This document shows, one piece after another, positions 57,095 to 64,000 of a DNA stretch of 64,000 nt. Each line of letters starts with the position of its first letter. Positions within the stretch are counted from its first letter, which is position 1. The stretch covers positions 1,052,464 to 1,116,463 of the forward strand of contig SCUJ01000006.1 in the NCBI GenBank assembly GCA_004297165.1, read 5' to 3'. The position numbers were made by a program, and so were the translations under genes. A model generated the notes under the pieces. That model was given only the letters and a program-made list of their open reading frames with translations. It made no database searches and was not told where the DNA came from. The stretch is from Gammaproteobacteria bacterium (lineage in GTDB: Bacteria; Pseudomonadota; Gammaproteobacteria; Eutrophobiales; Eutrophobiaceae).

Positions 57095-57562
57095 ATGCGG
57101 AGGACAAGGCCCAGCCTCCGGCATATTTCAATCTGCCTGATCTTCCTGTTCCATACGCTCGCAGGGTGCGCGGAGGAACAGGTTGCCGCCGCTCCCTTGA
57201 AGACCCTCATCGTGCGCACGGCTGAGCGCGACATCCGATACCGTGTCGAGATCGCGGACGATGACGCCTCCCGCACCCGCGGCCTCATGGACCGTAAATA
57301 TCTGCCGGAGGATCAGGGGATGCTGTTCGACTTCCATGCCGATGAGCAACTCTCTTTCTGGATGAAGAATACCTATATCCCGCTCGATATGCTCTTCATC
57401 GACGGCCGGGGCGTGATCCGGAGGATCGTCCCGAATACCGAACCCCTGTCCACCCGCGCCATCCCCAGCGGCCAGCCGGCGCGTTATGTGCTGGAGCTCA
57501 ACGCCCGGCAGGCGGAGCGGCAGAATATCAAGGTCGGGGACAGCATCCTGCCGCCGGAGTGA
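57095..57562 (+). CDS. DUF192 domain protein (secreted)
   Basis: Signal/lipobox (…FHTLAGCAEE) and the DUF192 core (RTRGLMDR…GMLFDF…SFWMKNTYIPLDMLFIDGRG). Confidence 0.65.
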   Translation: MRRTRPSLRHISICLIFLFHTLAGCAEEQVAAAPLKTLIVRTAERDIRYRVEIADDDASRTRGLMDRKYLPEDQGMLFDFHADEQLSFWMKNTYIPLDMLFIDGRGVIRRIVPNTEPLSTRAIPSGQPARYVLELNARQAERQNIKVGDSILPPE

Positions 57563-57584
57563 TGGCGGCCTGCCTCGCTCTACC

Positions 57585-58613
57585 GTGGCGAAACTCATTA
57601 CCAAACGCGGTCTTCTGAAGACATTCCTTGCGCTAACCATGTTGGCGCTGATCACTGCCGGGGTGTTCGCGGCGCTGCTCTCCTACGGAACATCCATGCC
57701 CGGCGTTTCTTATGCAGGGCCACTGCCGGATGTCCCGGAAATAAACGAAACCGGGGAAAGGCTTGCCACTCATGTGCGGACGCTGGCTGGAGATATTGGC
57801 GAGCGGCACTTCTGGCGCGGGCGATCCCTGGACGATGCGGCGAATTACATCGAAGAGCGATTCAGGGAGTTTCGCTACGTCCCGCGGATCGAGGAGGTGG
57901 ACAACCGGGGGGCGAGAAATATTCTTGTCGATTTGCACGGCACGCGGGCGCAACAACGCATCCTGGTCATCGGCGCGCATTATGACAGCAGATTGTTCAC
58001 ACCGGGGGCGGACGACAACGCCTCCGGCGTGGCCATGCTGCTCGAACTCGCCCGCGCCTTCTCCGGCAGGCGGCAACCGCTGACCCTGAGATTCATCGCC
58101 TTCACCAACGAGGAGCGCCCGTTTTTCGGCACGCCACGCATGGGCAGCCGGGTGAGCGCCGAGCGTTCCCGGACGGCCGGCGAGGAGATCGTCGGCATGT
58201 ATTCGCTGGAGATGCTAGGTTTCTACTCGGATGAACAAGGCAGTCAGCGGTATCCGCGGGTGATCAAAAATAAGTATCCAGATGCCGGAAACTTTGTGGC
58301 GTTCGTCGGCAACCTCAATTCCCGATCCTTCCTGCACGAGTCACTCGCAGTGTTCCGTAACCGCGCTCGCTTCCCTTCGACGGGGTTAAGCATGCCGCAA
58401 TTGCTCGTACCCGGCATCCGCCGCTCGGATCATTCCTCCTATTGGGTGAACGGGTATCCGGCGGTGATGATCACTGACACGGCTGAATACCGCAATCCGA
58501 ATTACCATCAACTCACGGACACGCCGGACACCCTGGATTACGATCGCATGGCGCTGGTGCTGGAAGGTCTCATCGCGATGATCGAATCGATGGCCGCGGA
58601 TACATCGGAATGA
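57585..58613 (+). CDS. M28 family zinc peptidase (membrane-anchored/secreted aminopeptidase-like)
   Basis: GTG start with an N-terminal signal anchor (KLITKRGLLKTFLALTMLALITAGVFA). M28 metal-binding motifs (…IGAHYDS…, DDNASGVAMLLELA, …NEERPFFG…). The track start at 57486 overlaps the upstream gene. Confidence 0.7.
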   Translation: MAKLITKRGLLKTFLALTMLALITAGVFAALLSYGTSMPGVSYAGPLPDVPEINETGERLATHVRTLAGDIGERHFWRGRSLDDAANYIEERFREFRYVPRIEEVDNRGARNILVDLHGTRAQQRILVIGAHYDSRLFTPGADDNASGVAMLLELARAFSGRRQPLTLRFIAFTNEERPFFGTPRMGSRVSAERSRTAGEEIVGMYSLEMLGFYSDEQGSQRYPRVIKNKYPDAGNFVAFVGNLNSRSFLHESLAVFRNRARFPSTGLSMPQLLVPGIRRSDHSSYWVNGYPAVMITDTAEYRNPNYHQLTDTPDTLDYDRMALVLEGLIAMIESMAADTSE

Positions 58614-58621
58614 TAATCCAT

Positions 58622-58640
58622 GGGCATGACTTCAATGCCC
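58622..58640 (+). terminator. Small hairpin GGGCAT-gacttca-ATGCCC just after the M28 peptidase stop
   Basis: 6-bp perfect stem 9 nt after the stop. Weak; no clear U-tract. Confidence 0.25.
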
Positions 58641-58662
58641 TCGCGGAATCAACGTTGAATCA

Positions 58663-58692
58663 CGTGGGCACAAACAACGTGCCCACCCTACG
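58663..58692. repeat. REP-like palindromic element copy 3 (CGTGGGCAC-AAACAAC-GTGCCCACCCTACG)
   Basis: Same family as 19377 and 20610. Again between convergent genes. Confidence 0.6.
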
Positions 58693-58734
58693 ATCTGAAC
58701 TATCTGATAGAAGCGCTGATGGCGCGCTGATCAA

Positions 58735-59769
58735 TCATTGTTCATTCCACCGGAACAGCGTGGCGGCAGCGACAAGAAATACGACACTCATCAGCCCCAG
58801 GACCCAGAGGTGGCCGCCAATTTCAGCGAGACCCGCGCCCTCAATCATGATGTCCCGCGCTCCCTGCACCATGTGCGTCAGCGGCAGGCAATCCGAAATG
58901 AACGTGAGCCAGGGGGGGGCATCGTCCATGGAGAACCAGACCTCCGAGAGCAGCATCATGGGAAAGGTGAAGAGGTTTAATATCCCGTTCGCGAGTTCCT
59001 CGCTGGCGGTGCGGCAGGCCACGATGAGCGCGAGCGCTATCATCGAGAAACTCCCCAGAACCGTTATCAGGAACAGGTCGAAATAATTTCCCAGCATGAC
59101 GAAATCGAGGAACAGGTCGCAACCGATGTAGACCACGGCGGCGCTGACCAGCATGATTACCAGCCTGGAAATCACCTGGGCGGTGACGAACTGCAAGCGT
59201 GTCACCGGCGTGACCTGGAGGCGCTTGAGCACGCCATTCTTGCGGTAGCGCACGATGACGTAGCCGATCCCGAACAGGCATCCGAACATGATATTCATCC
59301 CAAGGACGCCGGGGATCACCCAGTCCACGTAGCGCACACGCCTGCCGCTTACGGTGCGCCTTTCCATTGAATCGCCGGTCTCCGCCAGCAGCAGTTTCTC
59401 TGCGGCCCGGCTTTGCACGGAGAGGTCATTGATCCAGTAGGCCTCCGGTTCGCTGCCGTCCAGCAACAGATCAAGCTGGTGATAGCGCATCCGGTCCAGG
59501 GCCTGCTCGCGGTTGTCGTATTCGATGCGCTTGATCCAGGGCGCGGCAATATAATCCGCCACCTCGCCCTGCCCGCCGGCGCCATTGACGATGCCGACCT
59601 TGAAGATCCCCTGTTCATCGCTGGAAAAGGCGAAGCCAATCGCGGCGATGATGCAGGCCGGAAAAACGAATGACCAGATGAGGGTCCCCCGATCCCGGTA
59701 GAACTCCTTGCCGCGGGCGACGAACAGTGCGGTCGTCACCCGGATGAAATCGGATGGCAGGTTACTCAC
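58735..59769 (-). CDS. ABC-2 type transporter permease
   Basis: 344 aa, six TM segments, ABC2_membrane-like. 8-nt overlap with the upstream ATPase gene. Confidence 0.75.
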   Translation of the reverse strand: MSNLPSDFIRVTTALFVARGKEFYRDRGTLIWSFVFPACIIAAIGFAFSSDEQGIFKVGIVNGAGGQGEVADYIAAPWIKRIEYDNREQALDRMRYHQLDLLLDGSEPEAYWINDLSVQSRAAEKLLLAETGDSMERRTVSGRRVRYVDWVIPGVLGMNIMFGCLFGIGYVIVRYRKNGVLKRLQVTPVTRLQFVTAQVISRLVIMLVSAAVVYIGCDLFLDFVMLGNYFDLFLITVLGSFSMIALALIVACRTASEELANGILNLFTFPMMLLSEVWFSMDDAPPWLTFISDCLPLTHMVQGARDIMIEGAGLAEIGGHLWVLGLMSVVFLVAAATLFRWNEQ

Positions 59770-60646
59770 GCAGGGTATGTCCGGTAAGTTTCAGAAACAG
59801 GTCCTCCAGGGTAGGCTGCCGCACGCTCAGGGAATTCAACTGGGCGCCGTGCTGGATCAGCCGTTGCAGTGTGTCGTTGACCGAGCGGCTCTGGATCTCG
59901 ATCCGGCCGTTTTTCCGCGCGACCGGCTCGCCGATTTCGATGCCCAGCGGATCGAAATCCTGCGTGTCAATACAGACATAGAAATATCCGAAATGCTCCT
60001 TGAGCAGGGCCGTCGGAGAGCCCTCCGCGATTATCCGGCCATGATCGATGATGATCAGGTGATCGCAGAGGATCTCCGCCTCATCCATGTAATGAGTCGT
60101 CAACAGGACGGTCTTGCCCTGCGCCTTGATCCGTTCGATCAGTTTCCAGAGGTTGCGGCGCGATTGCGGATCGAGTCCGGTGGTGGGCTCGTCGAGGAAG
60201 ACGATCTCCGGGTCATTGATGAGCGAGAGGGCGAACATCAGGCGCTGCTTCTGGCCGCCTGAGAGTTTCGTGGCCGTCTGCTCCAGCAACGATTCGAGGT
60301 CACAGAGCGCGATCAGTTCGGGGAGCGGCAGGGTCTTGGCATAAAGCGAATGAAAGAGTTCCAGGATCTCGCGGGTCTTCAAGTGGTCCATCATCGAGGT
60401 GGCCTGGAACTGAATCCCCGCCTGCAGGCGGAAACTGGCATCGCGCGGAGCGCCGCGAAAGAGGATCTCGCCCGTGGTCGGGCGGGTGATTCCCTCGATC
60501 ATCTCGATGGTGGTGGTCTTGCCGGCGCCGTTCGGTCCAAGCAGGCCGAAACAAATGCCTTCCGGGATCTGGAAGGAGATATCGGCTACGGCGACCAGGT
60601 CCTTGAAACACTTCCTGAGATTGCGGACTTCCAATATGGCAGACAT
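59762..60646 (-). CDS. ABC transporter ATP-binding protein
   Basis: Start MSAILEVRNLRKCF. Walker A GPNGAGKTT, signature LSGGQKQR, Walker B IVFLDEPTTGLD. The track ORF is over-extended to 60799. Confidence 0.85.
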   Translation of the reverse strand: MSAILEVRNLRKCFKDLVAVADISFQIPEGICFGLLGPNGAGKTTTIEMIEGITRPTTGEILFRGAPRDASFRLQAGIQFQATSMMDHLKTREILELFHSLYAKTLPLPELIALCDLESLLEQTATKLSGGQKQRLMFALSLINDPEIVFLDEPTTGLDPQSRRNLWKLIERIKAQGKTVLLTTHYMDEAEILCDHLIIIDHGRIIAEGSPTALLKEHFGYFYVCIDTQDFDPLGIEIGEPVARKNGRIEIQSRSVNDTLQRLIQHGAQLNSLSVRQPTLEDLFLKLTGHTLRE

Positions 60647-61037
60647 GATTTGGATCAGATAATGTTGGGCATCATTTGTAGTTTCACGAACATCTCGACA
60701 TTCTTCCAGCAGGCGCTGCACCGGGCTTATCATCGCAGATAATCTCCGGGCTTGCCACAATCCACACCGGGTTGATTGGATACGCGCAAGGCGCCGCAAT
60801 GGCCTTCGCGCTGACTTTCAGCTAAGCTTACCGCTCGAATCTTTCATAATATAACAGCCAAAACACTCGCGCCCTCGGTGGGCGCGCTCAAGCAATGGCA
60901 GATGGCGCGGGTTACTCAAACCCGTGGAAATGTTATCGAACCTGGCAGCTTTGCTGACCCTGCCAATACGGGCGGGGATTCAGGGGTTCACTCAAGCATG
61001 GCTTACATGCAGAACAAGAAGCTACGGATAGATTTCG

Positions 61038-63404
61038 ATGATGCGACTGAAAAGTCTGACCAGCCGAATGGTGGTGTTTTATTCGCTGCTGCTTGCGGCG
61101 GCGCTCATCATCGTATTCATTCTGGTTACCAATTCCGGTTATAAAATCGCCCGCCAGCAGAACAATCAGGAGCTGGCGACCGGCGAGCGGGTATTTCGTC
61201 AATCGCTGATCCAGAACCAGCAACAGTTAACCCTGGCGGCCAATGTCTTGGCGGCGGATTACGGCTTTCGCAACGCAATCACCAGCAACGATCTCGATAC
61301 GATACTGTCGGCGCTGAATAATCATGGCAGGCGCATTCAGGCCAGTCTGATGATGCTGGCGTCGCTCGATGGCGAGATGATCGCCTCGACTCTGGATCCC
61401 TCATATCAGGGACAAACACTGACAGCCCCGGAATTGATACAGAAGGCCGAAGCAGCGGGATTTTTTACCGATATTCTGCGCGCCGGACGCAATGTATACC
61501 AAATCGTCGTCGTCCCGGTTTTGGCGCCCCAACCTGTTGCCTGGATAATCCTCGGTTTTATCATCGACAACCGGCTGGCGCTGGACCTGCAGGCGTTAAC
61601 TTCACTACACATCAGTTTTTTTGCCAATAACGACGACGGCTCCTGGTCGATCCTGGCATCCACGCTGCCGCAAGCATTACAGGAAGATATGTTATCCGCC
61701 GTGAGCGCGACGGCGGGAAGGGATACTGGAATCAAACCAATGGAGATCGACGGTTATGCATCCCTGCTCACACCCCTGAGCCTGATACAGAACTGGAAGA
61801 TTGTCGCGTTGTTACAACGCTCGACGGTTGAGGCCATGCAACGCTTCGACCCCCTGCGCACGACATTGCTGATACTGGCGTTGGTCAGTCTGGGTCTGAC
61901 TATCCTGGGCAGCATCTTTATTGCCAGAAACATCACCCGTCCCATTAACGATCTTTCATTGCTGGCGCAAAAGATTAAGGATGGGGATTACAGCCAGGCT
62001 GCCGAAGCGACGGATATCAGGGAAATCGGCACGCTGGCGGAAAGCATCAACCTGATGCGGGAAGCGATCGCGACCAGGGAATCCGAGATCCGCAGGCTCG
62101 CCTATGAAGACACCTTGACCGGTCTGCCTAACAGAATCATGTTCAACAACGAACTGAACAGGATGACCAGGACGGCGTTCGAACGGGGCGAGCGTTTCCG
62201 CGTGCTGTTACTCAACCTGAACCGGTTCAAGGACATCAACGATATTCTCGGGCATGATGCCGGGGATGATGTCCTCAGGTTCGTGGCGAAACGTTTGCCT
62301 GGCGTCCTGCGGGAGACCGACAAGGTCGCCTGCATGGGCGGTGACGAATTTGCTGTCATGTTGCCGATGGGTTCAGCCGATCATCTGGACATCGTCATGC
62401 CGCGCATTCTTGCAAATCTCGAAAAGCCGTTCATGGTGGCGAACCAGTTGGTGGATATCACCTTCAGCATCGGGATAGCGAACTTCCCGGAACATGGCAT
62501 GGACGCTGGTTCCCTGATCAGATGCGCCGATATCGCCCTCAATAGCGCCAAGCGGCACCGGAACGTCTATGAGGTTTACGACAGCAATCTCGAAGCGAGT
62601 CGGCAGGAACATCTGCACTTGCTTGGCGATTTGCGCAGTGCCGTGGAAAACAACGAACTTTGTCTTTACTACCAGCCCAAGGTTCAGTTATCCACTGGCA
62701 AAACTGTCGCCGCCGAATCCTTAATCCGTTGGCGACATCCGGTACGCGGCTACATCGCCCCGAATGAATTCATCCCTTTCGCGGAACATACTGGCATCAT
62801 CAGGATGATATCAGCCTGGGTTATTGAGAATGCATTGAGGCAAATCGGGGTCTGGCAAGCAAGAGGATTGCAACTCGGGCTTTCCGTGAACATCTCGGCG
62901 CGGGACCTTCTGAACGATAAATTGCCGGGGATGCTCGAATCGCAACTGCGGGAAAATGGTCTCGCGCCAGAGTCGATATGCCTGGAAATAACCGAAAGCG
63001 CCCTGATGGAAAACCCCGTTAATTCCCAACATACGGTGCTCGGACTGCACGGCATGGGTCTGGAGATCTCCATCGACGACTACGGAACGGGCTACTCATC
63101 GCTGTCATATGTAAAGAATCTACCCGTGGATGAGTTGAAAATAGATCGGGCATTTATAATGCACATGGACGAAAATGAAAATGATCTCGCGATCGTCCGG
63201 TCGACCATCGACCTGGGACATAGCCTGGGTCTCAGGGTCGTGGCGGAAGGAGTGGAAACTGAAAGACAGTATAATCTGCTGCGCAGCCTGGGATGCGATC
63301 TGGCACAGGGTTATTACATTGCAAAACCCATAATCGCCGATGAATTTGAAGCCTGGCTTAACGGCAATAAACCGATCGAGTCGCTGCGCACGCTGCAAGC
63401 CTGA
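61038..63404 (+). CDS. Membrane sensor protein: periplasmic double-sensor (Cache-like) domain-TM-HAMP-GGDEF (intact GGDEF)-EAL (ESL variant)
   Basis: TM1 near the N-terminus, ~270-aa periplasmic region, TM2, HAMP, GGDEF (CMGGDEFAV), EAL domain with AESLIRW and DDYGTGYSSL. Confidence 0.8.
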   Translation: MMRLKSLTSRMVVFYSLLLAAALIIVFILVTNSGYKIARQQNNQELATGERVFRQSLIQNQQQLTLAANVLAADYGFRNAITSNDLDTILSALNNHGRRIQASLMMLASLDGEMIASTLDPSYQGQTLTAPELIQKAEAAGFFTDILRAGRNVYQIVVVPVLAPQPVAWIILGFIIDNRLALDLQALTSLHISFFANNDDGSWSILASTLPQALQEDMLSAVSATAGRDTGIKPMEIDGYASLLTPLSLIQNWKIVALLQRSTVEAMQRFDPLRTTLLILALVSLGLTILGSIFIARNITRPINDLSLLAQKIKDGDYSQAAEATDIREIGTLAESINLMREAIATRESEIRRLAYEDTLTGLPNRIMFNNELNRMTRTAFERGERFRVLLLNLNRFKDINDILGHDAGDDVLRFVAKRLPGVLRETDKVACMGGDEFAVMLPMGSADHLDIVMPRILANLEKPFMVANQLVDITFSIGIANFPEHGMDAGSLIRCADIALNSAKRHRNVYEVYDSNLEASRQEHLHLLGDLRSAVENNELCLYYQPKVQLSTGKTVAAESLIRWRHPVRGYIAPNEFIPFAEHTGIIRMISAWVIENALRQIGVWQARGLQLGLSVNISARDLLNDKLPGMLESQLRENGLAPESICLEITESALMENPVNSQHTVLGLHGMGLEISIDDYGTGYSSLSYVKNLPVDELKIDRAFIMHMDENENDLAIVRSTIDLGHSLGLRVVAEGVETERQYNLLRSLGCDLAQGYYIAKPIIADEFEAWLNGNKPIESLRTLQA

Positions 63405-63418
63405 GGGTATCTATCCGA

Positions 63419-64000
63419 ATGAAACGGAGTCCGCTGGCGATCATCTGGCTTTTGCCAAGCCTGCTGCCCTTTTCGCAACCCGTTAGCGCCGAATGGCTGC
63501 TGGATTCTTCAATCGCCCTGCAAATCAACGATAATCTGCCGAATGCCTCACTGGATCAGGATATCAAGAGCGACACAGCGTTTGACTTCGGGTTCTCGCC
63601 CGGTTTTTATTCCCAGATTTCGGGCGCCACGAGTCTGGCTGTAAGTGCTGATCTGGGCATCACGCGGCAGTTTGATTATAAGGATCTGGATCTGATTGCA
63701 ATCGGTTTGACTGGCTCTGTAAGACACAAATTCGGCCTGGGTAATTCAGCTCCGTGGGCCAGGATCGCGGGTTCCGCAAGCTACCTTGAGTATAAGGACG
63801 GCCAGCGGGATGGATGGTTTTACGCGGCGTCGATTGAAGGGGGGAAACAGCTGGCGGAACAGCTATCGATATGGGGCGGTTACAGGTTCGAGCTGCGCCG
63901 TGCCGAGCAGATAATCTCGATCCCGGCATTGGTCAGTAATTTCGGCATCGGCGGGGAGGCATTCGATACGGCTGCACATAACCTGGATATCAACGCAGCG
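63419..64000 (+). CDS. Secreted hypothetical protein, probable outer-membrane beta-barrel; 3' end beyond window
   Basis: Hand translation: MKRSPLAIIWLLPSLLPFSQPVSAEW..., with a signal peptide then alternating hydrophobic/polar beta-strand-like segments. No stop before 64000. Confidence 0.4.
   Translation, partial: MKRSPLAIIWLLPSLLPFSQPVSAEWLLDSSIALQINDNLPNASLDQDIKSDTAFDFGFSPGFYSQISGATSLAVSADLGITRQFDYKDLDLIAIGLTGSVRHKFGLGNSAPWARIAGSASYLEYKDGQRDGWFYAASIEGGKQLAEQLSIWGGYRFELRRAEQIISIPALVSNFGIGGEAFDTAAHNLDINAA

Noticed and set aside
1-64000. CRISPR arrays, rRNA/tRNA genes, transposases, integrases, prophage genes
   Set aside because: No short regularly spaced direct repeats, no rRNA-like conserved stretches, and no recombinase/transposase-like ORFs found. 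The window appears to be ordinary chromosome apart from the small islet.

Overview
This is a high-GC (about 65%) proteobacterial chromosomal window that is almost fully coding, and the organism is unknown. Gene content and order (bcrCBAD-fdx with adjacent korAB) resemble Thauera-type facultative anaerobic aromatic degraders, but that is inference only. Main blocks, in order: (1) 1-9879 (- strand): one tightly coupled operon of ABC ATPase, ABC-2 permease fused to a large degenerate M1-like domain, RND periplasmic adaptor and two tandem RND permeases. (2) 10315-17484: ADP-forming acyl-CoA synthetase, a PQQ beta-propeller/cytochrome c fusion, a split MaoC hydratase pair, a DUF59 protein, and a GNAT/Rrf2/tandem-GNAT operon. 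(3) 17485-20640: a visibly AT-richer islet of three unknown ORFs plus an orphan HigA antitoxin, punctuated by a REP-like palindrome family (GTGGGCAC-N7-GTGCCCACCCTAC). One of the unknown ORFs has a zinc ribbon plus a DUF4145/HEPN-like K-x2-GN-x3-H signature. (4) 20640-29553: a class I ATP-dependent benzoyl-CoA reductase module (fdx, bcrD, bcrA, bcrB, bcrC on the - strand), divergent korAB (2-oxoglutarate:ferredoxin oxidoreductase), a ferritin/rubrerythrin-like diiron protein, and a peroxiredoxin-like gene. The peroxiredoxin-like gene has an in-frame TGA at the U-x-x-C redox motif followed by a SECIS-like hairpin, so it is a probable selenoprotein that an ORF caller splits in two. (5) 29654-36933: a TPP enzyme next to a TauE/SafE sulfite exporter, then YceI, CysH-like, GAF-GGDEF, Sel1 and URO-D family genes. 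(6) 37439-56001: a Wsp-like alternative chemosensory operon (cheW, cheR-TPR, cheW, two paralogous MCPs, cheA-REC, cheB). Its downstream partners are two REC-GAF-(PAS-GAF)-degenerate-GGDEF-EAL phosphodiesterases and a hybrid histidine kinase, rather than a WspR-type cyclase. Two of these proteins share a GAF domain with a conserved C-x-C...LECERL cysteine motif. (7) 56111-64000: DUF2333-like, DUF192 and M28 peptidase genes, an ABC-2 transporter pair, a membrane sensor GGDEF-EAL protein and a partial outer-membrane-like ORF. I found no rRNA, tRNA, CRISPR array, integrase or transposase. The candidates I would follow up first are the AT-rich islet, the selenoprotein, and the chemosensory/c-di-GMP cluster with Cys-containing GAF domains.
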